Assembly (NCBI GenBank): GCA_964187785.1
Contig: OZ076409.1
Location: 62,002,001 to 62,066,000, forward strand
Direction: 5' to 3'
From: Amphiscolops sp. MND2022
Lineage: Eukaryota
DNA length: 64,000 nucleotides
Shown here: piece after piece, positions 12,680 to 22,904 of the stretch
How positions within the stretch are numbered: the stretch's first letter is position 1
Layout of the letters: every line of letters starts with the position of its first letter
Notes under the pieces: generated by a model
What the model saw: the letters and a program-made list of their open reading frames with translations, nothing else
Databases searched by the model: none
Told to the model about the DNA's origin: nothing
Position numbers and translations under genes: made by a program

Positions 12680-15600
12680 AACCTACAAAATACGACAGCT
12701 ACCAATGCAAATGTTGCCTTGTTATCCAAAGGAACTGCTGCGAAAAGTTCCTCGCGTAAACTTGAAAAATTCAGTGGGAAGTGTAGGCGTTGCAGTAAAA
12801 GTGGACATAAACAAGCCATTTGTAGAGTATACCAGTGCAACTTTTGCAGGCGTTTTGGCCATGAAGAGAATACATGTTTCTAAAAAATCCTCTTTTAAAC
12901 CCTAGGTCAAGTGCTGACTTATGAGAGTCAAACCTAGCTGAGGACTTGCTTTTCTGTTGTGATGGTAGTGAGACAGCACTCACTAGCCAAAGAGGGGAGG
13001 TGAAGGAGCACATTTTGGTCATTAATTCTGGTGCTTCCTCGCTTCCTCGCATATGTTTTTCGACCGTTCTCTATTCTTCGACTTCAGCAAAGAAACACAA
13101 TTCAAAGTAAAAATTGAGGGTATTGGAAAAGTTTCTCCTTCACTTTTGGACAAAGATGGCGAGAATGAAAAAGCGGTGCTCTGGAGTCCTCGCCTTGGTC
13201 ACAACCATTTCAAAAATATGAAAGGTTTGGCTCATCATGTTTCGCGAATGAAATTGAAAAACAGTGCTTTTTATAAACTTTGTTGTTGTGAAGTTTGTAC
13301 AATTTCTAAGTCACGACGGCAACCAGTATCGCTAGAAATGGAGCAAGGAAAATCTTCGAAACTTGATCTCGTTTTCATTGACACTTTAGGACCGATGCCA
13401 ACTATTTCGCTTGGTGGCAAACGATACGCTATTTTTTACGGATGGCTTCAGCAGGTACTCAGAGGTATATTTCCTCAAATCGAAGAAGGAGTGCCTAGAT
13501 AAGTTCAAAGTTTTTTGGGCGGAAGTGTAATCGCCCAGAGCTATCTGTTCTCATAATGGGAAAGAGTACACCTCAAAGTCTTCTGGAAGTTTTCGTTTTG
13601 TATATCAAACTGAATCTAACGTGAGCATACTTCCCCTTAGTCGTCTCATCAAACTGGTGTGAGCGAACGTCGCTGGCGAACAGCAGTGGAAATGGCTCGC
13701 TGCATGATAAAAACAACCAAACTCGGTAATAAATTTTGAATTCGGTGCCTACCAACGGCTTTTTAAATTTCAAACCGTTGCCTCACACTTAGTTTACCAA
13801 ACGGTAAAACGCCTTTCGAAATGTTTTCGGTGAAAAACCAGATATTTCCAGTTTAAAAAATTTTGGATGTACTACTTTCAAACAAATTGAAACACGTCCA
13901 GACAAATTTTTCGATAGAGCCACCAAATAAGTTTTTGTTGGGTTTTCTGAAGATTCCGAAGCATATGGTTTGTACAATCTTTACTCTAAAATGTCTTCTT
14001 TTTCTCGCAACGTCTTATTTGATGAGACTTCTTTTGACTCTTCTGCTGCGCACACAAGTCAAAACATCCAAGCCTTTGTAACCGAAAAGCCGGCATTCTA
14101 AACGAGTTTTGCCAGAAACTCTGGAATATTTTTGTGAAAAGTCTTCAGTTCCTGTTTTACCGATTGAAACTTTGATTGATTCAGAAACTGAAACAACCCC
14201 TTCTCCCGTTGATGTTGTTTCATCTGAAAACATTTGTGCCACTGAAGGTATTGTTTTTTGCGGTCTCGAAGTGGGAGAGTTATCAAACCTCCTGCGTATC
14301 TCGACGACTACGTTCTTTTAACGGATGACAGCGATGAGAATCTAACTTATCGTGAAACAATGGAGTCATCGCTTGAAAGCGAATGGATTGAAACTACTCA
14401 AAAAGAGTACAATGAGCTGAATGAGAACAAGACCTGGGTGCTTTTTCTGCTTCACCCGGGTCCAAAAGCAATTGAAAGCCGGTGGGTTTTCAAAATTAAG
14501 CGACACGACGACGGAATTATTGAGAAATTCAAGGCTCGTTTCGTAGTCCAAGGGTTTTCGCAAGTTTTTGGGAGCAACTACGATGAATCTTTTGCGCCTA
14601 CTGCCCAAGTTTGTACCTTGAGGATTTCTTTTGGGCTCGACGCTTCTTTGTCGACTTTTGTTTTTCAGTTAGACGTCCGTTCAGCCTTCCTCAATGCGAA
14701 ATTAAATGATGAACTTTACATAGAACAACCCAACTGCTGGCTGCGCGCAAGCTGGGGCTAATAATGAAACACCTTATTGCAAGCTTCAAAATTGCCTTTA
14801 TGGTTTAAAGCAAGCAGGGAGGGAATGGAACAAAACTTTCACCCAGTGATTTTCGAAGAACGAATTTGTACAGTCTGCTGAGGATCTTGTCTTTTTCGTT
14901 GCGATGGGACTAATGGTTGCCAACTTTTTGTACTAGTTTGGGTCGACGACATTTCGTACTTTTCAGACAACGACAAATTGCTGCATGTTTTCAAAGCGAA
15001 ACTCAGCGATGCATTCAGCATCGATGATCGTGGGAAAATGACTTGGCTTTTGGGATGCAATGTTGAACAGTCACACGGTCGCATTTGTCTTAGCCAGCGG
15101 CCATTTATAAAGGACATTTTGCGCAAAAGTCATATTGTTGATTGCCTCTGATTGTAAGCCAGTCAGTATTCCAGCAATAGCCCATATGAAACAGTCTATC
15201 TCGGACTGCCTCATCGAAGGTAGTGAAATTTCACTTGACATTTGCGAAAAGAAACAATATCGTAGCTTTGTTGGAAATTCATTGCATTTGTCCGTTGTTA
15301 GTCGCCCCGATATTTGCTTTGCTGTGTATAACTTAGCACAATTCGTGTCAAATCCTGGTAAAGCCCATTGGTGTGCATTGGAACACCTTTTCCGTTTTCT
15401 CCAGGGCACCGAGTCTCTTTCTCTTGTGTATAACTGCTTTGAAAATCTCAATCATTTTGGTTTTTTCGGATTCCGATTGGGCCACCCACAAGGACGATCG
15501 CATGTCAACTTTGGGTTTTTGCTTCAAACTAAGTCGTTCTTGTGGTGTTGTGTCTTGGGCGTCCAAAAAGCAAGGGTGTGTGGCACTTAGCTCTTGTGAA

Positions 15601-15915
15601 GTCGAGTATGTTTCGTTGGCTTTGGCTGCACAGGAAGCAGTTTATTAGCAAGGCCTGCTCACATTCTTCAGATTGATGACGGTGGACACGCCTGTTCTCT
15701 TGTGTGGTGACAATCACTCGCACTGGCGAGCAACCCTGTAGCCCACAAACGAGCTAAACACATAGAAACCCGACACAACTTCATCCGTCAACTGGTTGAG
15801 AACGAACGCATGCAAATGTCTTATGTTTCCACGAAGAACAAGTTGCCTGATATCTTCAACAAGAACGTACCCAAGCCTGCCTTCAATGAGCTTTCATCAC
15901 AACTCTTTCTCAATT
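12680..15915 (+). repeat. Tandem unit 3 of the copia gag(C-term)-pol region (more diverged; continues into the native 3' end)
   Basis: Same ORF set with more substitutions, and retains WVDD. Leads on to the PPT and 3' LTR. Confidence 0.9.
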
Positions 15916-16143
15916 CAGCCATCTCAATCATCAATTTAACCCTAGCCTCCCTCACAACTCAATTTTTTTTAGTTTACCTATTATTGTGTTTATGTTATCA
16001 CTGGGACTATGACGACTTTCAGCTTCTCTTCAACTGATGGATAGAGCCCTCTCAACCGCTGCCTTGAAACGACAGATGGTCAAGCATAGTGGTTCACAAT
16101 CATCAACCAACAACAACCCTCGGAGACTCTCATCAAGTGGAGG

Positions 16144-16375
16144 CGTTAGAGACCGATGAAAGGCCAAAACACCATTGAAGGTCAAGCAACTCAGACTATA
16201 CCAGACTGAACTAAATTAATTTTTAATTGTTGTTTGTAAACAAGTACCTGATATTTTATTCTTCACTTGACTGAATGGCTTTCTCGACACACATCTCAAA
16301 ATAAAGTTTTGACAAAAATCGATCTTCATCAATCTGACAACCCAGCTACGGTCAGAAGGAGCTCAGGCCCTGATA
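16144..16375 (+). repeat. copia 3' LTR
   Basis: Runs cGTTAGAGACC...CCCTGATA, preceded by purine-rich aagtggagg and followed by the TSD CACGG. Confidence 0.92.
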
Positions 16376-16469
16376 CACGGTAACACTTCTTCCGTGAGAG
16401 TGAAGACTCTCTGGGAAGTTCTGCTTGCAAGGAAAATGCGACTCCCTGCTGTCATCAATTATCCCTTCG

Positions 16470-16992
16470 GGTTAGGGACAGTTTGCGGAAAGACAATTTG
16501 CCGAAACCCAATTTGCCGAACGCGAAGGACAATTTGCCGAATTTTTTTTCGGCTAATTGTCCTTTTGAATTTGCCGAACTTTGTAAGGACAATTTGCCGA
16601 ATACCTAGCGGTTTCAAATAACAATGTTTTTTGCCGTCGGATATGCCCCCAGTTCCTCTAGTGCCCCGTGGCATCTTGGGGCCGCTTATGATCTCATCTT
16701 GCTAAGCGAGGTCGAACAGGAGCAAAGACCTAGCGGGAACGGATATCGCGAAGCGATCGTAGTGGGCGGGCGTGCATACACCGTATATGACCACATATTA
16801 GGTGAGGAGAAGTACCTAATCTTTTTTAAACGCTTCGCAGGAGCAAAAACCGGATACGGGACACTTTGCCGAAAGACAATTTGCGGAAACCCAATTTGCC
16901 GAACGTGAAGGACAATTTGCCAAAAATTATTCGGCAAAATGTCACTAAGTCACTTTGCGGCATATTGTTTTTCGGCAAATTGTCCCGTATCC
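16470..16992. mobile_element. Mutator/Foldback-like MITE with AATTTGCCGA-repeat arms
   Basis: 9-bp TSD ATCCCTTCG (16461-16469, 16993-17001). GG...CC termini with imperfect TIRs (ggttagggacagtttgcggaa / ttcggcaaattgtcccgtatcc). Splits the Gypsy integrase frame. Confidence 0.85.
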
Positions 16993-18694
16993 ATCCCTTC
17001 GGAGAGAGTGTGGTCTTTCGTGCTGTACCTCACACTGCGTCTTTTTTTGCGATGTATGATGTTCGGAAGGGCAATAATACAGCTTGGCTCACTCAGGAAA
17101 TTTCAGTCGTGTCTGAGAGAACAATTTTAGCGAGTACTATCCAAATTGCTAGATCAACCACAGATGTTGCTACGACCACGGGACTGGCGGGACAAATTTC
17201 GATTTGCGTTTCTAACAGAGACATTTCCTTGGTTGTAATGTCTTCTACTACTCCCGAGGTCCCGATTAGGACGGTTGCACGTGTAAGGAAACCGAACTCG
17301 AGATTCAACGACTACATTTGCAAGTAGCCATGAGAACTCTTGAAAGGGGTTGATGTGATTCATACATTGATTAATATATCTTCTTTGCTTTTATATTGCT
17401 GTGAAATTTTGAAAGATTTGACTGCCAAGTCAAACGGGCAAACTGGACTGATTTTTCTTACAGCCGTAACAAATCTTGTGAATGTGATTCTCGAAGGAAA
17501 AGTCCTTTCGAACTTCGGCCGCACTTCTTTGGTGCGAAACTAATTGCGCTAAAAAAAGCCCGATGCAGGACTTCGTCCTATCTATGTAGGCAATATTTTC
17601 CGCCAATTGTCAGCAAATTTTGCCGGATACCATGTTTTCAAATCACGTCAAGCAAGATATGGAAATCGACAAGTAGGCGTAGGCACCAAAAGGGGCGCTG
17701 AATTGGCCTCACCTGTTTTCCGTTGTTTGATAGAAAGCCCCCAGACCAAAGAAAACGTTATTTTGAAAATTGACTTTAAAAACGCTTTCAATTCGATAGA
17801 CCGACAATTTATGCTAGAGAACATTTTTGAAAACACCTTTATTGAAAATACAAGTTTATAAGTTCTCACACTCGGCGTACATATAGCCAAGTTTCCTTCT
17901 TTACGGTGATTCAGTAATCAAATCTTGTGAAGGGACCCAGCAAGGAGATCCTGAGTCTTCAGCTTTATTTTCGAATTCCATTCAGGATCTGATTGACAGT
18001 TTGGAGTCGGAAATAAACTTATGGTACCTTGACGATGGAAATTTAATTAGTGATTACAGAACCGTTTTAAACATCGCAGAAAATTGTTGAAGCGGAAAAA
18101 ACGCTGGGACTCAAAATTAAACCCACGAAATGTGAAATTGTTGTCCTAGGTGACATCAGTGAAATACGACGATCGACAAGTTTAGCATCTTTCCAAAAAC
18201 CTTACCCCGGGATCAAAGTACCAAAGAAAGATGAACTTATCATTCTTGGTTCACCGCTCTGCCCGAAAACACAAGCAGACTTATTGGAAAAAAAACTAGT
18301 GAACTGGAAAAAGTAAAGGCAATCGTTTAAAAACTAGATGCGCACTATGGTTTTTTAATGTTGAAAACTTGCTTCAGTCTGCCAAAGTTGTTGTACTTCC
18401 TGATAACCAAGACATGTTTTAATCATCCAGCTCTCTTGGAAAGAAATGACAAAACCTTACGCGACGGGCTTTCCAAAGTGTGTACCGTGATCTTCGACGA
18501 GATTTCGAGGACTCAGCTGGCTCTGCCCGCTGAGATGGGTGGTCTTGGGGTTTCATCCGCATCATTATTAGCACTTCCCGCCATTCTGGCCTCAGCTTTC
18601 AGTGCGAGTGACTTTCTCACGACGTTTTTCTCGGAAACATTCGAAGATGTTTCGTTTACAAAAGCGCTTGAGAAATAGTTGAGTTTGACGAATG

Positions 18695-19204
18695 GGGAAC
18701 AAGACGTTTCGGCACAAGACGTTTCGGCAACAAGATGGCGGAAGACGTTTCGGCAACAAAATGTTGCCGAAACGTCTTTCACCTGCTGTGAAGACGTTTC
18801 GGCACCAAAGACGTTTCGGCAACAAGAAGAATAATCTGTAGTTTTCTTTAGTATGAAACGTGCCCCATATATGTCCCCATTTCCTCTAGTGCCCCGCGGC
18901 CCCTTGGGGCCGCTTATATTCCCATCTTGCTAAGCGAGGTCGAACAGGAGCAAAGACCTAGCGGAAACGGAGATCGCGAAGCGATCGTAGTGGGAGCTGG
19001 TCTTTGCGACGGTGAGGGCGAGCGTGCATACACCGAAAATGCCCCCACATTAGAAGGGGAAAGTACTGAAAATTTGTTGCCGAAACGTCTTTCACCTGCT
19101 GTGAAGACGTTTCGGCACCAAAGACGTTTCGGCAACAAAAAGTTGCCGAAACGTCTTCCGCCATCTTGTTGCCGAAACGTCTTGTGCCGAAACGTCCGGA
19201 ACCC
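18695..19204. mobile_element. Mutator/Foldback-like MITE with GACGTTTCGGC-repeat arms
   Basis: TSD GACGAATG (18687-18694, 19205-19212; 8 bp, or 9 with one mismatch). GGG...CCC ends and ~140 bp repeat-built inverted arms. Interrupts the non-LTR ORF. Confidence 0.88.
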
Positions 19205-20132
19205 GACGAATGAACAGGAAAGTCTTCTTGTTGGAACTCAGAAAAATTGGACACAACCTGTCTACGTCAAAACCGCCCAAGATTTGATTTCCAGAATGGA
19301 TGACAAACGTTCGAAAGTTTTTACCGCTCATCAAGGCAAGTTCGGATCTCAATGGCTCAACGTCGTTCCTTGCAAGAACCTAGGCCTGAAACTTGATGAT
19401 CAACAGCTTCGGATTCCAATTGGTTTGCGTCTCGGGGTCAACATCTGTGTTGCGCATACGTGTCCCTGTGGTAAAAGAGTTGAACGGGACGGTTTACACG
19501 GTCTTTCTTGCACCAAGCGTGCTGGTCGCTTCTCACGTCATGCTACTCTCAATTCTCTCATAAAGCAGACGTTGGGATCTCTCGACTTGCCTTCAGTGCT
19601 CGGACCGCGTGGACTGAACCGAACTGATGGCAAACGCCCAGACGGAGTTACCATGATTGCTTGGGAAATTTGTAAACAGCAGGTGTGGGATGTCACGGTT
19701 GTGGATGCTCTTGCACCCAGCCGTCTGAATCAAGGCTCTTTATGCAACCCGGAAACCACCACCACCGAGGCTGATGCGCGTAATATCGAGAAGTATCGCG
19801 AATTAATAGACAATGGATACATTTTTCAACCGGTGGCCTTGGAAGTACCGGGTTCTTCAGGCGAGAGCAGTGAAATATTCCTCATGCGTCTCTGTAAAAT
19901 GCTATTTCGTTCGCTCGACGATCATTGAGTTGGCAGCTTTTGAAGCAACGGATTTCAATGGATCTCCAGATCGGCAATGCGGCCTGTGTTCTAGGAACTG
20001 TGAGCGACAGAGATGTCTTCGGAGAAACTTATTACATATAGCTATTTTTTAAACCTCTATATCTTTGCAGCTTTAAAAGAAAATTCTACTAGTCGACTGA
20101 GATAGTGGCTGGTATAAGTAGTTTGTTGGTTG

Positions 20133-20328
20133 TTTCTTTTTGCTACTGGTAATACCAGTAGCAAAAAGAAATCTTATCATGTTGGGGGGAGAAGACACAC
20201 ACCCGTGGTCGGCAACGAAAGTAGGGAACCCCATAACAGTGTCTATACCAGTCTGGTATAGTCCCTGGTATGGGGTTCCCTACTTTCGTTGCCGACCACG
20301 GGTGTGTGTCTTCTCCCCCCAACATGAT
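20133..20328. repeat. Two adjacent palindromes (19-bp arms at 20133-20171; ~60-bp arms at 20176-20328)
   Basis: tttctttttgctactggta-a-taccagtagcaaaaagaaa, then atcatgttgggggg...aaccccata paired with tatggggtt...ccccccaacatgat. Confidence 0.9.
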
Positions 20329-20362
20329 TGATGCACATGGCACTTGATTGATGACGAAAATC

Positions 20363-20711
20363 GGGTGGGCGGAAATAGGTCGAAGGAACGGGATCGAAAA
20401 TCAGAGTTAGTCCTCCGGTCGACATACCAAATTTTTGAATGAAATCGAAACAACTCGGATCGAAATTTTCATAACGTAGTCAGATATGTTCATATACCCC
20501 TAGTGCCCTGAATGCAGGAGCGAAGCGAAGCGGAGCGACGTGCCATATGGCCATACCTCAATGTTGCTACTTGGCGAAGGGAGCGAAGCGACCGAGCCAT
20601 ACAACAAATACGATAAAATTCGACCGCATTCCATTCGATCCCTGCAATTCGATCAAAAGGTTCGGCCTCTTTCTTTTCGACCAGAAAAATTCGACCTATT
20701 TACAGCCACCC
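20363..20711. mobile_element. Mutator-like MITE with GGTCGAA/TTCGACC arms
   Basis: 9-bp TSD acgaaaatc / acgaagatc (one mismatch). TIRs gggtgggcggaaataggtcgaa / ttcgacctatttacagccaccc. Confidence 0.75.
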
Positions 20712-21104
20712 ACGAAGATCCATGATATCTGATAGAGGAAAGAAAAAAATATATATTGCTGTGATCGATGTTGTTCATTTCATTCGCGTTATCTCGGTAT
20801 GTGAATACTAGCTTTTATTGAAAAGTATTTCGATCTGCAGGGAATACGACATTATAGCAGTCTTCTCATGACTTTATACGTCAAAATTCAACATGAAAAG
20901 TATGGAGAGTTAACGTGGAAAAGTTAAAAGTATTGAGGTGGAAAGTTATCACGAGTCACAGAGCGAACAGAAAGCAGTTGAAGTTGTAAATGACGCTTTT
21001 TTATTAACACTCAAAGCGTTCAGAATAGGTATGTCTTTAATCGTGCTTGGAGAGTGTCATATGAAGGGCTCAATACAAGATCACATGGTAGTGAGTTCCA
21101 CAAT

Positions 21105-21380
21105 TCAGCACCTGATACCCAGAAGCATCGTTTTCCATAGGTTTTGTTGGTAATTCTGAGTCCATTTTCGTTCTCTGGAATTTCTCAGATCGTACTGATC
21201 AAGTTGCTGATACCTGAAAAACGGTACCGACAAGTAAATAGGCACAGGCAAGTCATTATAAAGACGGTATACGAAGCATAAGATTTTGTACTTAATTCTT
21301 TTTCCAACAGGAAGCCAATGAAGTTCATTCAAAAGTAAGTTAACATTAGAATTTCTCAGATGAAAAAGAATTTTCTTCAA
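21105..21380 (-). pseudogene. LINE (CR1/L2-group) ORF2 C-terminal remnant
   Basis: LNELHWLPVGKRIKYKILCFVYR motif. Confidence 0.7.
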
Positions 21381-21429
21381 TCACCAGCGACTGTTATGTC
21401 TCCAATGAACTACCTGTGGGTATAGACAC

Positions 21430-21570
21430 CTCTATTTGTAGAAAGTGTCGTTTGAAACTAGTGGCGTTGCGTATGGCTCTCGTTTGTTCCTGATAATGGT
21501 GAACGACGTCCCCAAAGAAATCGTATTTTCATGTACGCTGACGACATCAAAATTCTCGCAACTACGGCGA
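21430..21570 (+). pseudogene. LINE reverse transcriptase remnant (domains 4-5)
   Basis: SGVAYGS..LFLIMVND followed, after a frameshift, by YADDIK. Confidence 0.6.
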
Positions 21571-21980
21571 AAACTACCCAAGCAGTTAATCCTTCCGCAA
21601 AGTTCGAGACCAATCCTTTCACGTAGGGTATTATATAGCGTTCTCGCCACGGTTCTTGCGAAAGGATTTTCAATTTTGCCAATCTTTCTCAATAATTCAT
21701 GTCAAATTGATTTGCTTGTGTTACGACTTGAATAGATGAGAGATACTGATAATCAGGGTGTTATAGGTCTTGAAAGCTCGTGGTTCAAAGATTTGTCACA
21801 TTAATGCGTAGTGAGTTCCGTGTTTGGAAACGTCTCACATTGCTACACGTGGTCTAATGATGCGATGTATTCATGAACTTAATTTTGTCAATTATGATTT
21901 TTTTCAGATTGCCTTGCTTCTAGAAAGTAATCAGCAACAATGGTTAGTTCCTATTATGTATTTTAACTTGAAGACACAAA

Positions 21981-22432
21981 GTGTCGCCGAAACGTCTCTT
22001 AACAGGGTGGGAGGAAAACTGTCACCGAAACGTCTCTTCATAGGATGGGCGGAAACATATATATGAAGATTACAACGTAAATTATCAGGAGACTTGGTTT
22101 TGTATACATCATATAGAAGATATCATTTAAAAAGTATAAAACGTGGCTCGGATATGTCCCCATTTTGCTAAGCGAGGTCGAACAGGAGCAAAGACCTAGC
22201 GGGAACGGAGATCGCGAAGCGATCGTAGTGGGAGCTGGTCTTTGCGACGGTGAGGGCGAGCGTGCATACACAGAATATGCCCCACATTATAATATTTTCG
22301 CTTCCAGAACGAACGTTTTTAGCTTTTTAGAGGACGTTTCGGCGACAAAAACGTTTCGGCGACACTTTTGTCGCCGAAACTTCCGCCGCCATATTGTCGC
22401 CGAAACGTCTGTCACCGAAACGTCCAGAATCC
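21981..22432. mobile_element. Partial MITE with CCGAAACGT-repeat arms and the shared hairpin core
   Basis: Core at ~22150-22290 is nearly identical to ~18920-19050. Right end is gaaacgtccagaatcc; the left end appears truncated. Confidence 0.7.
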
Positions 22433-22904
22433 TAACAGGACGCTCCAAAGAGCGGAAAAACTCGATGAGTCAATATAGTCCACGACCTAAGGACACTGAG
22501 CTTCTAAGACTCATTGACGGATGCTTCGAAGACGTCCTCTGTTCGTTGTACTCTTTTGTCTGTAATTGGTACCAATAACTCGCGATAAGTTTTCAAATCC
22601 AACGTTCAACTAGCCTTTCGGAACTTCTATGAAATCTTTGGTTCCTCGAACTCGGATTTTTCTTTCGTTCAATATTTGTACCCGATCGTTTTTTCTACTT
22701 GTTCCAAAAATCGGTAATATACTTCGGATGTACCGTTAAAATGTTCCCAAAGTCGTGTCGAAAACAGTGTCGTTACCCAGTGTTTTGACAGTCATTTGTG
22801 CGCTATCACCTCATTGTTTTTTGGAAAACATTTGTTAGTGTTTCCTTGTTGGAAAATTTTCAATGACATCTTTGGCAATAATCGATGGTGATTTGTATTG
22901 ACAG

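Larger units (their letters stand above)
5160..16375 (+). mobile_element. Ty1/copia LTR retrotransposon, pseudogenised, internal region triplicated
   Basis: LTRs 5160-5399 and 16144-16375; 5-bp TSD CACGG (5155-5159, 16376-16380); PBS GGTTATGGGC at 5400. Domain order is gag zinc knuckle (CRRCGKSGHKKATC), protease (IDSGASSHM), GAG-pre-integrase (RLGH, CEVC), integrase, RT (WVFKIK, QLDVRSAFLN, WVDD/N), RNase H (SDSDWA, SSCEVEY, ADIFNK). Many frameshifts and stops. Confidence 0.95.
17405..20751 (+). mobile_element. 5'-truncated CRE-like non-LTR retrotransposon (RT plus C-terminal zinc knuckle and restriction-like endonuclease), decayed
   Basis: RT motifs GLRPI, KIDFKNAFNSIDR, GTQQGDP and WYLDDG. 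C-terminal CPCG...HGLSC, RHATLN and GKRPDGVT...WDVTV. A-rich 3' end. 13-bp TSD TATATTGCTGTGA (17392-17404, 20752-20764). The clade assignment is an inference from motifs. Confidence 0.85.
2112..20851 (+). mobile_element. Decayed Ty3/Gypsy LTR retrotransposon with short (~150-170 bp) LTRs, interrupted by later insertions
   Basis: RT remnant VRLCADFK at ~4545. Integrase remnant is split at 5159/16381 and 16469/17002 (EVLLARKMRLP, then RVRKPNSRFNDY* ending 17327). PPT-like gaaagggg at 17342. The 3' LTR starts TGTGATT at 17354 and ends ACGACA at 20851 once the non-LTR insert is removed. The 5' boundary is approximate. Confidence 0.7.

Noticed and set aside
18940..19030. MITE core as a known ribozyme or tRNA-derived SINE
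   Set aside because: I could not find hammerhead (CUGANGA/GAAA in the right stems), HDV or A/B-box motifs; kept only as an unexplained hairpin.
18695..19204. Regularly spaced short repeats resembling a CRISPR array (also 16470-16992 and 62690-63160)
   Set aside because: The repeats are ~10 bp, arranged as inverted arms (TSD-flanked in the first two cases), in a eukaryotic context with no cas genes. They are MITE subterminal repeats.
18927..19928. 333-aa ORF as a novel gene
   Set aside because: Chimera: the first ~93 codons are MITE sequence that happens to be in frame with the C-terminus of the non-LTR ORF.
22885..22904. ATG followed by a 17-nt GT-AG 'intron' that would supply the eEF2 start
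   Set aside because: Far shorter than the other introns in this gene (73 nt or more); probably chance.
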